Of a stretch of 64,000 nt of DNA, positions 53,860 to 64,000 are shown one piece after another. The position numbers and the translations under genes were made by a program. The DNA lies in assembly GCA_963675595.2 (NCBI GenBank), contig CAXXLZ010000002.1:4064001-4128000 (forward strand), in the 5' to 3' direction. Every line of letters begins with the position of its first letter. Position 1 is the first letter of the stretch. Source of the stretch: Thermodesulfobacteriota bacterium (GTDB lineage: Bacteria; Desulfobacterota; Desulfarculia; JACQYL01). The notes below the pieces were generated by a model. It saw nothing but the letters and a program-made list of their open reading frames with translations. It was not told the origin of the DNA and did not search any database.

Positions 53860-54180
53860 ATACCTTATCATTATATCATGTGTGAGTGTCTTATTCGGAT
53901 AAATCCGAATAGATTAGAAATATATAATATCTAATCAATATAGAATGGTACATAACGGCAAAATAAATTTGTTTATGCATAATTAGTTATTAATTAACAT
54001 ATATTATATGTGATACATGTCATCTTATATTAAGAAATCAATGATGTTGGGATTAAAATATACTATTATAAGTTACACTTATAAAGTGTTTATTGCTGAT
54101 TAATAAATAGAATGCGTATCAGTTATGATAGGTGAATTGCAATACCGTATACGTTGAAATTCACCGGGTTGGTATAATGA
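53860..54180. promoter_or_regulatory. Very AT-rich divergent control region with perfect palindromes and an extended -10
   Basis: TATTCGGAT-AA-ATCCGAATA 53892-53911; TTATAAGT-TAC-ACTTATAA 54066-54084; TGgTATAAT about 54170-54178. Confidence 0.55.
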
Positions 54181-54581
54181 CGTCCCATGAAAGCCATCCT
54201 TGTGATGCCTTTCATGGGAATTGAACATGATAAGCAGGATGACGCTTAACCGGAATTATAGAACGCCGAGGATCGCCGACCGGCCTTATCTATGTAGGTT
54301 GCAGTTCGGGAAAACGGCCATGCGTTCCCCGAAGGAATGATCCGGTTCTCCCTCCACAGCCAAACCGGCAACGATGAGTTGCCTTGGTCGCTAAGAGCGT
54401 CGAACGAGCCCGACGGCACATTGGGTAACGGCACAACGGACCCGGCGAAAGCCCGACGCAGCAGCACCCCTCAAATCTACGGAAAAGCCCGACAGGCGGG
54501 TACCGTCCAAGTTGGAACCGTGTTCCTTGTTTCGGCGTTCAACTCGGGTTTCTGTTTCAAACAACACAGAGGAGGGAAGAG

Positions 54582-55067
54582 ATGGGTGGAATCGCGTTCT
54601 TTTTTGTCGGGGCCGTACTTTTTGTGACTGCTTTGATGATGATGGGGAAAGCCGAGCCGAAGAGTGTCGGCATCTTTCATGGGCTTGTCGGGATTCTGAT
54701 GCTGGCCATGGTAATCAAGCTGTTCTTTGTTCCGCCTTATGATTATTTTACCGCCACTATTTTACTGCTGTTCATATTTACCTATATTCCCGTATGTGCG
54801 TCCTTCACATTCGGTCTGGACAGTAAAGCATTGGGCTGGTATTGTCTTGTTGTCGCATTAGCTACTATTCCGGTAGGCATGCATATATTCGGCGTCGCCT
54901 CCAAGACTAGTATCCTGCTTTGGATCTACGGCGGTTTGTGGTTTTGTTTTTTTCTCCTTATGGGATTGGGCAGAACGGGTCTGGCCAAGTTCGTCAGCTA
55001 CTATACGTTGGTGGTATCGGTATTGGCACTGGTTCCCGGTTATCTCATGATCATAGAGAAATGGTAG
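54582..55067 (+). CDS. AmiS/UreI-family urea/amide channel
   Basis: VGAVLFV, LLFIFTY, LGWYCL.VA, W..YG.LW, PGYL; about six TM; SD GAGGAGG. Confidence 0.85.
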   Translation: MGGIAFFFVGAVLFVTALMMMGKAEPKSVGIFHGLVGILMLAMVIKLFFVPPYDYFTATILLLFIFTYIPVCASFTFGLDSKALGWYCLVVALATIPVGMHIFGVASKTSILLWIYGGLWFCFFLLMGLGRTGLAKFVSYYTLVVSVLALVPGYLMIIEKW

Positions 55068-55314
55068 CGGGCTCCGCAAACATATTTGGCGGCATCGCTT
55101 CTTTTGACTCGTCACTGGGGCGTGTTTCCCGTACGATTTTTCCCGAGATTTGCACGCCGCATATCGTCGTCTTTCGCTGGCCTTTGGAAGCCGGACATTC
55201 TTGACGGGCCGGTACGCATCACATCCCACAGTGGAAAGGATGATTTGTAGGAATCCCGACGGAGTGTTCCGGGATACGTTGGCCCCAACGTAAGGCGGTA
55301 CTCCCCCTTACCTT

Positions 55315-55361
55315 AGCCCCTGTGGAAAGAGGCGGTCTCTTTCTACAGGGGCTCTTTTTTT
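55315..55361 (+). terminator. Intrinsic terminator
   Basis: AGCCCCTGTGGAAAGAG-GCGGT-CTCTTTCTACAGGGGCT followed by C and T7. Confidence 0.75.
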
Positions 55362-56157
55362 GCCAAATGTGTGTGGTCCGCCGGACACCGATCGGAGGAG
55401 AGCATGGGATACCCGTTGACCACGGAAAGGCGGCCATAACGCCTTCTTTGGGCGGTCCCGCAAGCGGCGGGATATTGGGGAGCCGAAATCGCTTCGGACA
55501 CGGGCATGAAGCAAGTGGACCTCGGCAAAGAGACATGCCGAACGACCTTGGATGTCGGTGGACGCCTGCATATCGACCGGTTTGGCCCGACTCTATCGGA
55601 TGCAGGCCCATCATATCCGCTGATGCTTACGCAATTCTTTGAGAGGATGAAAGTCACGGGCTTTTCTTATAGCGAATCGCGAAAGTATTACAAAGTGATT
55701 GTCGATGGTTTTTGGCCCTTCCTTGTTTACGTCTCATCTTGTTTTCTCGGCTTCATCAATTTCTTCTCTCACCGATGCAGGGCGGTGCCTTAATAGCCCG
55801 ATTCACCTTGCGTGCGGACCGTTGGAAGGGAAATCAAAAAGAAGGTTATGTCGGAAATGATGTAATGAAAAATTAATTATCTTCAGCTTACGTTTGATTT
55901 GCCGATGACATCTTTGCCGAAAAGACTTTGAAACCGGGTTTGTTTGTGGCATATTTTTTCGAAGAGGCATTCTCTGTATGTTTTGTTGGCCAAAACAACA
56001 TATTAGAGGATGTCTCCGTTTTTATGCCATTTATGAAGACGGTTTCGGTGGAAACACGATCAGACGACCTGAGCCGGATTTGACCTTTCGGATCACCCGG
56101 CCGGCGGCATTGAGTGGATCCTATGGCGTCGCCCCATAGTGCGCATTCAGGGGGTAT

Positions 56158-56193
56158 CCGAGGGAACCCTTTTCGAAAAAAGGGTTCCCTCGG
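56158..56193. repeat. Perfect REP-like hairpin
   Basis: CCGAGGGAACCCTTTT-CGAA-AAAAGGGTTCCCTCGG. Confidence 0.65.
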
Positions 56194-56265
56194 GCTCCTT
56201 CCGATTCAGAAAATGGGGGGATCGTTGGAGTTACGCGAGGAGACCTATTTCCGCCTCAGCCTCTC

Positions 56266-56349
56266 CGCCGAAGGCGGTGAGGCCTGTTTGAAGACCTTTG
56301 GATGGGGGTACGGGGGAAGACTTTCTCGAAAGTCTTCCCCCGTGAATGC
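56266..56349 (-). repeat. REP-like palindromic repeat (family A), second copy
   Basis: Reverse complement of 19405-19488 with a few substitutions. Confidence 0.8.
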
Positions 56350-56436
56350 TTGTGCCCCATAAGCACGGCGGCATGCTCCAAGAAAGTCCCCGCCCGCGGT
56401 TGGCCTATTTTTCTCCTATAAGCGAACGGAGCGTGT

Positions 56437-59400
56437 ATGAGCATTTCGCGGCGAAACTTCATGAAGATCGCGGCCGGTTCGTTGGCGGGTGCCGCCATCA
56501 TCGGCCTTGATGTGGATCTGAAACCGATTCGATCCTACGCTAAATTCACAAAGATTCGTTTCGCCAAAGAGACCACCAGCGTCTGCTGTTACTGCGCCGT
56601 GGGCTGCGGGCTCATTGTGCACACGGACCGCACGGGGGCCGGCAGGGTTGTGAACATCGAGGGCGACCCCGATCATCCCATTAATGAGGGCGCCTTGTGT
56701 TCGAAAGGCGCGGCATTAACCCAGCTCGTCAATAACCGGGATCGTCTCACCAAACCCCTGTACCGTGCTCCCTACGGCAGCGAATGGGAGGAAATTTCCT
56801 GGAACAGGGCGCTTTCCATGATTGCGGAGCGAGTCAAGAGGAGTAGGGACGCCGGTTTCGTCCACAAGAACGAAAAGGGGCAAGTGGTGAACCGGACCGA
56901 GGGCATCGCGCATGTGGGGAGCGCCGCCCTGGACAATGAAGAGTGCTGGGCTCTCCAGGGCATGATGCGGGCTTTAGGGCTCGTATATATTGAGCATCAG
57001 GCCCGGATTTGACACAGCGCTACTGTTGCGGCTCTGGCAGAGTCGTTCGGACGCGGCGCCATGACCAATCACTGGATCGACATCAGGAACAGTGACTGCA
57101 TTCTCGTCATGGGCTCCAACCCGGCTGAGAATCACCCCTTATCGTTCAAATGGGTGAACGAAGCCAAGCGTCGTGGGGCCAAGCTGATCAGCGTGGACCC
57201 ACGATTTACGCGCACCTCTTCCCTGGCGGATTTCTACGCTTCCCTGAGATCCGGAACGGACATTGCTCTTCTGGGAGGCATGATCAAGTACATCCTCGAA
57301 AATGAGAGGTACTCGAAGGAGTATGTGGCGGAATACACCAACGCGAGCTTCATTCTTACCGAGAAGTATGATTTCAAAGACGGCTTGTTCGCCGGGTACG
57401 ATCCCGAAACCCGGAAATATGATAAAAACGCTTGGGCTTTCGTCAGGGACGACGAAGGAAGACCCGAACAGGACAAGACCCTGAAACACCCCCGATGTGT
57501 GTTTCAACAACTGAAGAGGCACTTCAACCGGTATGATGCGGACAAAGTATCCGCCACCACGGGTACTCCAAGGGACGACCTGCTCAAGGTGTATGAGATG
57601 TACTCGGCCACGGGGAAGAGAGGCAAGGCCGGCACTATTTTATATGCCATGGGATGGACACAGCATACGGTGGGAGTTCAGAATATCCGGGCCATGGCCA
57701 TTATCCAGCTTCTTCTGGGAAACATGGGTGTGGCCGGCGGAGGCGTCAACGCCCTTCGAGGGGAGTCCAACGTGCAGGGCTCTACGGACCATTGCCTTCT
57801 GTTTCATATTCTGCCCGGTTATCTGAAGACGCCCACAGCATCGCAGGATTCACTGGAAATGTATAACTCCGAATGCACGCCCGCCTCCGGCGATCCTATG
57901 AGTGCCAACTGGTGGAGTAACTACCCCAAGTACTCGGTGAGCCTGCTTAAATCCTTTTTCGGAGGGTCCGCCACGTCGGAAAACGGGTTCGGGTACGAGT
58001 GGCTGCCCAAACTGGACGACGGAAAGTCCTACTCGTGGCTGGATATTTTCGACGCCATGTACAGGGGGGAATTCACCGGGTTCTTCGCTTGGGGACAGAA
58101 TCCCGCGTGCTCGGGCGCCAACGCCAACAAGGTCCGGGAGGGGTTCGCCAAACTGGACTGGCTGGTGAATGTGAATATTTTCGACAACGAAACCGGGTCC
58201 TTCTGGCAAGGTCCGGGTATGAATCCAAAGAAGATCAGGACCGAAGTCTTCATGCTTCCATGCGCCGTATCCGTAGAAAAGGAAGGTTCCATTACCAACA
58301 GCGGACGGTGGATGCAGTGGCGGTACAAAGCGACGGATCCGCCGGTGGACGCCCGATCCGACGGTGACATCATGATGGATCTGTTCGACAGGATTCGGTG
58401 GTTGTATCGAATGGAAGTCGCCCGAGACCTACCGAGCGTCGCACCGGAAGCCATCCTCAATTTCAAATGGGATTATATCGTCGACGGTGCGTTCGATGCA
58501 CACAAGGCGGCCAAAGAAATTAACGGGTTCTTTCTTGAAGATAAGACGGTGAGGGGCAAGAGCTTCAAAAAAGGCGATCCGGTACCCAGCTTCGGTTACC
58601 TGCAGGACGACGGTTCAACCAGTTGCGGTAACTGGCTCTACTGCGGTTCGTACAATGGCGAGGGCAACAAGGCGGCCCGGCGCAAGAGGGAAACCTCGGG
58701 TATCGGCCTTAATCCCGAATGGTCCTGGTGCTGGCCGATGAACCGAAGAATCCTCTACAATCGCGCCTCCGTGGACCTTTCCGGCAGACCTTGGGATCCC
58801 GAGCATCCGGTGATTGAGTGGGATCAGGGTCTTGAGCAAGGACAAGGCGCATGGAAGGGAGACGTTCCCGACGGCGGGTGGCCGCCTTTGCGTAACGCGG
58901 ACGGTACGCTCAATCCCAACGGCAGGTACCCGTTTATCATGAAGCGGGAAGGGCTTGCCCACATATTCGGGCCCGGAAGAGCCGACGGCCCGTTCCCGGA
59001 GCACTATGAACCCCTCGAGTGCCCTGTGAGCGAAAACCCGTTTTCTTCACAGCTCCTTAATCCGGTAAACCACCTGTTCGAATCGGACATGGATATGTTC
59101 AAGTCGTGTGATCCGCGATACCCTTTGGTGGCTACCACATACCGCGTTACGGAGCATTGGCAGACCGGCGTCATGACCCGGTGGCAGGATTGGCTCCTCG
59201 AGATGCAGCCTCAGATGTTCGTGGAGATGAGCCGGGAGCTTGCTCGGCTGCTGGAAATCAAAGAGGGAGAAGACGTCCTGGTGGAATCGGCCAGAGGACA
59301 AGTCCGGGCCAAGGCCGTGGTCACGCTTCGATTTCGTCCTTTCAACATCCAGGGCAGGACCATCCATCAGGTGGGAATGCCGTGGCATTTCGGATGGGTG

Positions 59401-59511
59401 CACCCGAAGAACGGCGGAGATTCGGCCAACCTGCTTACGCCGTCGGTGGGCGATCCCAATACACGCATACCCGAAACCAAAGCGTTCATGGTCAATATCC
59501 GGAAACCGTGA
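56437..59511 (+). CDS. fdhA: Formate dehydrogenase alpha subunit (Mo/W-bisPGD), selenocysteine-containing, Tat-exported
   Basis: SRRNFMK; CCYCAVGC...C; in-frame TGA 57010-57012 in HQARI-U-HSATVAALAESFGRGAMTNHW joins the two listed ORFs. Confidence 0.95.
57013..57046 (+). promoter_or_regulatory. Bacterial SECIS element
   Basis: Hairpin GCGGCTCT-GGC-AGAGTCGT at 57028-57046 with a G-starting loop about 24 nt after the UGA. Confidence 0.8.
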
Positions 59512-59523
59512 GGGAGTGAGCCG

Positions 59524-60273
59524 ATGAGCAAAGCGTTTTTCATAGATACCACACTGTGCATCGGTTGCCGCGCCTGCCAGGTCGCCTGCAAACAATGGAA
59601 CCAGTTGCCCGGGCTGAAGACCGCCAACTATGGTGTTTATCAGAATCCGCCGGATCTGACCTTCGAGACGTATAAGGTGGTACGGTTCAACGAAGAGTCG
59701 GGGCCGGACGGGAAACCCCGTTGGTTCTATTTTCCGGATCAGTGCCGCCACTGTATCGAGCCGGGATGTCTTCTGGAAAGTTATGCCGTTCCCAACAGCA
59801 TTTTCATTGACAGCCTCACCGGAGCGGTCCTGTTTACGGACAAGTTGAGAGGGGTTTCCTTCGATGATGTGAGGGGCGGCTGCCCTTACGACATCCCGCG
59901 GAAAGAAAAGGAAACCGGGTATATGTCCAAGTGCACCATGTGCGCGGAACGGGTGTACAATGGTCTGCTTCCGGCCTGCGTAAAAACGTGTCCCTCGGGA
60001 GCCATGGCTTTCGGTGATATGGATCAGATGGTCGCCAAGGCTCTCGATCGACTGAAGAAGGTGAGGACCGTCCATCCGAAAGCGCAGGTTTTGGACTTGA
60101 ACGATGTTCGCGTGTTTTACTTGGTAGCGGACGAACCCAAAAAGTACCATGTGTTCGCCGATGCACGTCCGACGACCGGCTTCATGGACCGCAAGACGGC
60201 CATGAGGAAGATCGGACGCTCCTTGAAGGAACTTGCCCTGCAAAGGCGATACATGCACGGTATGGATGTTTAG
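59524..60273 (+). CDS. fdhB: Formate dehydrogenase beta (Fe-S) subunit
   Basis: CIGCRACQVAC, CRHC...C, CPYDIP, CTMC...PACVKTCP. Confidence 0.92.
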   Translation: MSKAFFIDTTLCIGCRACQVACKQWNQLPGLKTANYGVYQNPPDLTFETYKVVRFNEESGPDGKPRWFYFPDQCRHCIEPGCLLESYAVPNSIFIDSLTGAVLFTDKLRGVSFDDVRGGCPYDIPRKEKETGYMSKCTMCAERVYNGLLPACVKTCPSGAMAFGDMDQMVAKALDRLKKVRTVHPKAQVLDLNDVRVFYLVADEPKKYHVFADARPTTGFMDRKTAMRKIGRSLKELALQRRYMHGMDV

Positions 60274-60335
60274 ACATAATGGCTGCTGAAGAACGATGAG
60301 ATGCAAGGCGCGCGGATCGCGTTCTTCAACAGCCT
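60271..60335 (+). mobile_element. IS110 left-end scar fused to an internally deleted family-B repeat
   Basis: TAGACATAATGGCTGC (60271-60286) is identical to the IS left junction (43921-43906, minus strand); 60281-60335 consists of the two ends of the 42218 repeat. Confidence 0.75.
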
Positions 60336-60355
60336 GAGGCTTGCCGGAACACGCC

Positions 60356-61180
60356 ATGACCCTCGACCTGATACCTCACATCGATAGAATGATTTGCCGG
60401 CGTCCGGCGATGAAAGGAATTCTCGAAGCCTACCGTGAGCTGGTGCATATTATGAACGAGGTCGGGCCCGCGTCGGTCCGGATTGAAACGCGCTCCAACA
60501 GCGCCAACGAGAAGGAAAACGGATCGCCTTTGTTCAGCAGAAAGGATTTGCCCGTCGATCCGGACCATGCGTCGGAAACGTTGTCCCGTTTCTTCGAGAG
60601 GTTGTCCCGTTCGGAAAGGCGGGACAAACATGCTCTGAGAGCCGCCTGGCAGGCATCCAGGCAATCCCCGGGATGGTCCAAGATGATCCTACGGGCCGCC
60701 CTCGCGGGAGACGAAACCGCCCTCGGCCGAGCGGCGGAACAGGTGGGACTGGAGCCCAAGACCCTCGAGTTTCTTGGGCTAAGCGCGTTGGGCCCGTCCC
60801 TGACCGCCCTCCGCGAGGAATTTCATCGGAGAGTGAATACACGAGCATGGTCTCGAGGATACTGCCCTTTGTGCGGGTCGCAGCCGGACATGGCCCATCT
60901 GGACAAATTCGGCAAGCGTCGGCTGTATTGCGGACTCTGCGGAACGGAGTGGTCGTATCCACGCATGAAATGCCCTTTCTGCAGCAATACGGAATCTAAA
61001 ACATTAGGGTACTTTGTGGATGAGGAGTCGGGGGCGTTGCGGGTGGACTTCTGCGACAAGTGCACACGGTATATCAAGACAGTGGATGCCCGACTCCTTG
61101 AGGAGCTCACCCCCATGGAAGTGGAGCGATTGGGCGGCATCCATTTGGATTTCGTGGCCTACGAACACGGCTACACGTAA
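60356..61180 (+). CDS. fdhE: Formate dehydrogenase accessory protein FdhE
   Basis: W.RGYCPLCGS.P, R.LYCGLCGTEW..R..CPFC, C..C..YIK. Confidence 0.9.
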   Translation: MTLDLIPHIDRMICRRPAMKGILEAYRELVHIMNEVGPASVRIETRSNSANEKENGSPLFSRKDLPVDPDHASETLSRFFERLSRSERRDKHALRAAWQASRQSPGWSKMILRAALAGDETALGRAAEQVGLEPKTLEFLGLSALGPSLTALREEFHRRVNTRAWSRGYCPLCGSQPDMAHLDKFGKRRLYCGLCGTEWSYPRMKCPFCSNTESKTLGYFVDEESGALRVDFCDKCTRYIKTVDARLLEELTPMEVERLGGIHLDFVAYEHGYT

Positions 61181-61708
61181 TAATACGGAGGCCGCGTGCG
61201 CACTTATTCGCCTATCCGCTTCTCTTTGTTCACCTCGGCTTTCGAGCCCGCAGCCTCACCCAAGAACCCGACTCAAAGGTTTCCGGATACTCTGCTCAAG
61301 CTCTCCAACACCCCGGACGGGCATCCTCATCGGGTCCCACGCAATGATCCTTCAGGCTATAGGGATCATCCTGATTTTAAGGAAGTTGTTCATATTAATA
61401 TTTAAATTCAATAAGTTATGTTGTCTTGATAGATATTTCGATTCCAGTGGAATATAAGGGTGTCGGAGATTCCGTGGACATACGTAAACGGCGAGCCGGA
61501 GAGCGGACGCCCATCGGACTGCTGAGAGACGTCGTCTGCGACGTTGCGCTTTCCCCCCTCGTACTGCGCGCCGTACTCCATGCACTTTTCCCCTCTCGGG
61601 ATTCGTGCGCCCCGCGTGTCATCGTTTTTCACCGATCCGTGTCTATCGCCCTTTTTTGATGGGCCGCCGGCCTGGAAATTAGGGCGCGGTATGGAGGACC
61701 GTAGAGAA

Positions 61709-64000
61709 ATGCCCGACCGTATTTCGTCATCCGCCGGCGGCGGACCGAAGCTTAAGTTGCATCATAAGCTGGCGATCATCTTCTGTCTGTTTGCCGTGCT
61801 CATTTCCGGACTGACCACCTATTTCTTGTATCGCACTGCGCTTAAACAGGTCATGGAGGACATTCGCCACAGACTGCACGATATCGTGGCCATTGCACCC
61901 GCCGCCATCGACGCGGAATTGCTCGCCGGTCTGACGGAGCCGGGGCAGGAAGGATCGTCCGAATATCTGGCCGTGCGGAAAGTGTTGCAGACCATCCGGG
62001 ATTCTTCGACGGACATCCATTTCATTTACACCATGCGTTCGGGCCCCGACGGAGAAATTCTGTTCGTAGTCGATGCGGAAACCAATCCGGACGAGATCGC
62101 TCATCTGGGGGAGGAATACACGGAAGCCGGCGATGCGCTGCGAGCTAATTTCGCCCATTTGGACCGGCCGCTGGTTGAAAAGGACGTCTACGTCGACAAT
62201 TGGGGCACCTGGCTGTCCGGTTATGCGCCCATTACGGCTTCCGACGGAAGCCGGGTCGGCGTGTTGGGCGTGGATATCGCGGCGGACACAATTACGGCTT
62301 ACAGACGCCGTCTGTTGGGTCTGGCGTTGGGAGTTTTTGCTTTGACCCTGCCCCTGACCCTGATTCTCGGCTATGTTATCGGCCTTCGTTTGGCTCGGCC
62401 CATCGTGACGATTCAGCAGGGTGCCGAGCGGATCGGCCGAGGCGACCTGGATGCCGCCATCGACATCGAACGTAGTGATGAAATCGGGGCTTTGGCGACT
62501 TCGTTCAATGAAATGGCGCGAAACCTTAAGGAGAGCAGAGCCGACCTGAACGCCATGATGGAAGATTATCGGGACTTGTTCGACAACGCGGTGGAAGGCA
62601 TCTACCGGAGCACGTTCCAGGGACGTTTCACCGCGGCCAATCAGGCCCTGATCCGAATGTTGGGTTATGATTCTCTCGATGATCTGACCGCCCATGTGAC
62701 CGACATCGGAACGCAGATCTACGACCGGACCGAGGATCGGGAAGCGTTCAAGGAACGGCTCGGTAGAGACGGCCGGGTTGAAAATTTGGAAGTCCGTCTG
62801 AAACGGAAAGACGGAAGCGTATTCCGGGTCGACTTGACCGCTCAGGTGGTGCGGCGGGGTCAGGAACCGCCGTTCATCGAAGGCATGGTTTTGGACATCA
62901 CCCAGCGTTTGGAGAAAGACCGGGCCGAAAGGGAGCGGCGGGCGGCCGAGGCGGCGTCCAAAGCCAAGAGCGAGTTCCTGGCGAATATGAGTCACGAAAT
63001 CCGAACTCCTTTGGGCGCGGTTATGGGGCTGACCGATCTGGTCATGAAAACCGATCTGGACGAAAAACAATTTCAGTATTTGGGTAAGATCAAGTCCTCG
63101 TCCCGCACGCTGTTGGCGGTCATCAACGACATTCTGGACATCTCCAAAATCGAGTCGGGTCACATGGAACTGGAGGAAACCCCGTTTTCTCTGTATGAAG
63201 TCATAGCCAACCTGACGGAAATGTTTGCCTACAAGGCTCACGAAAAGGATATTGAATTCATGGCGGCCATTGATCCCGCCGTGCCTGCCGATTTGATCGG
63301 CGACCCCACACGATTGGGGCAGGTCCTGATCAACCTGACCGGCAACGCGATGAAATTCACGGAGCAAGGCGAGATTCTGGTTTCGGTTTCGTTGGAGCGT
63401 CCTTTGTCGGAAGCGGCCGACGATCCGGTTTGCCTTCGTTTTTCGGTCAAGGACACCGGTGCGGGCATCCCGCCGGACCGGTTGGAGCATATTTTCGAGA
63501 GCTTTGCGCAGGCCGACAGTTCCATCACCCGCCGGCACGGGGGCACCGGCCTGGGTCTGACCATCTGCCGCGAACTGACTCGGCTCATGGGAGGCGACAT
63601 TCGAGTCGAAAGCGAACCGGGCCGCGGCAGCGAATTTTCGTTTACGGCCGAGTTTCAGCGCCGGTGGCCGGAACAACGAAGCGACGGGGCACCTCCCTTG
63701 GACCTCCGGGGTCTGCGTGTTCTGGTCGTGGACGACAACAGCACCAGCCGGGAGATTTTGAGCAGCTTCCTTACCTCGTTTCACATGGATGCGGTAGCGG
63801 TGGGGTCCGGCAAGGAAGCCGTCGATCTCATCGAAAAGGAGGGACGGGAGTTCGACCTGATCCTCATGGATTGGAAAATGCCGGGCATGAACGGCCTGGA
63901 AGCCGCCGGAATCATCAAACGCAAGTTCAGCCGCGATCGGCTGCCCATTGTGTGCATGGTGTCGGCCTATGGTCGCAAAGACCTGCTGTCCACTGCGGAA
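61709..64000 (+). CDS. Hybrid sensor kinase (Cache-like, HAMP, PAS, HisKA, HATPase, REC), truncated by window end; absent from the ORF track
   Basis: Open frame MPDRISS...WGTWLSGYAPI...KSEFLANMSHEIRTPL...NLTGNAMKFT...GGTGLGL...LMDWKMP. Confidence 0.9.
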   Translation, partial: MPDRISSSAGGGPKLKLHHKLAIIFCLFAVLISGLTTYFLYRTALKQVMEDIRHRLHDIVAIAPAAIDAELLAGLTEPGQEGSSEYLAVRKVLQTIRDSSTDIHFIYTMRSGPDGEILFVVDAETNPDEIAHLGEEYTEAGDALRANFAHLDRPLVEKDVYVDNWGTWLSGYAPITASDGSRVGVLGVDIAADTITAYRRRLLGLALGVFALTLPLTLILGYVIGLRLARPIVTIQQGAERIGRGDLDAAIDIERSDEIGALATSFNEMARNLKESRADLNAMMEDYRDLFDNAVEGIYRSTFQGRFTAANQALIRMLGYDSLDDLTAHVTDIGTQIYDRTEDREAFKERLGRDGRVENLEVRLKRKDGSVFRVDLTAQVVRRGQEPPFIEGMVLDITQRLEKDRAERERRAAEAASKAKSEFLANMSHEIRTPLGAVMGLTDLVMKTDLDEKQFQYLGKIKSSSRTLLAVINDILDISKIESGHMELEETPFSLYEVIANLTEMFAYKAHEKDIEFMAAIDPAVPADLIGDPTRLGQVLINLTGNAMKFTEQGEILVSVSLERPLSEAADDPVCLRFSVKDTGAGIPPDRLEHIFESFAQADSSITRRHGGTGLGLTICRELTRLMGGDIRVESEPGRGSEFSFTAEFQRRWPEQRSDGAPPLDLRGLRVLVVDDNSTSREILSSFLTSFHMDAVAVGSGKEAVDLIEKEGREFDLILMDWKMPGMNGLEAAGIIKRKFSRDRLPIVCMVSAYGRKDLLSTAE

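Noticed and set aside
53860-54180. Replication origin
   Set aside because: AT-rich, but no DnaA boxes or iterons were seen and no replication genes are nearby.
54300-54581. Known riboswitch (guanidine, c-di-GMP-I) or ANTAR motif in the ureI leader
   Set aside because: Only short fragments such as AAAAGCCCG resemble the consensus; the overall architectures do not fit.
55400-55800. 95-aa ORF at 55506-55793 or a decayed gene
   Set aside because: No recognisable homology or SD; insufficient support.
57010-57012. Premature stop / fdhA pseudogene
   Set aside because: UGA sits at the conserved Sec/Cys site with a SECIS hairpin, and the frame continues.
61727-63784. 685-aa minus-strand ORF
   Set aside because: Shadow of the plus-strand hybrid kinase, which the ORF track omits because it has no stop in the window.
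1-64000. CRISPR array, tRNA/rRNA, reverse transcriptase or prophage genes
   Set aside because: No regularly spaced repeat-spacer array, tRNA T-arm context, RT motifs or phage structural genes were seen.

Overview
Bacterial chromosomal DNA of roughly 58-60% GC (estimated by eye). Gene content and palindromic intergenic repeats point to an anaerobic deltaproteobacterium (Desulfobacterota-like). From left to right: (1) housekeeping and envelope genes (SPFH, Rho_N-like, HDIG, two Slp lipoproteins, NCS2 permease, M50 protease, a MerR regulator, and hflX with a probable AUA start). (2) A two-gene restriction-modification cassette. (3) A sigma54-driven operon of a KamA-like aminomutase, two ATP-grasp ligases, a GNAT-deacetylase fusion and a GNAT. 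(4) Converging on it, a K+/cation cluster (Trk/Ktr, CaCA) containing a diadenylate cyclase-YbbR fusion. (5) A signalling block (hybrid kinase, REC-GGDEF, TonB receptor-YfiR-hybrid kinase). (6) An accessory island with two large secreted proteins, a LytS/LytTR pair, an IS630 remnant and a complete IS1111-type IS110 element. (7) Two secreted proteins sharing an unannotated C-terminal domain. (8) An AmiS/UreI channel. (9) A selenocysteine formate dehydrogenase fdhAB-fdhE. (10) A hybrid kinase running off the window end. The best-supported result is the IS110 element: CT core, subterminal inverted repeats, circle-junction promoter and a candidate bridge/seek RNA whose loops partly match its own donor and target. 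It sits in a host palindromic repeat, and a 16-nt scar of its left end lies at a second copy of that repeat. The strongest candidate for uncharacterised biochemistry is the aminomutase/ATP-grasp/acetylation operon. No CRISPR array, tRNA or rRNA was seen. All calls are by eye; no database searches were run.
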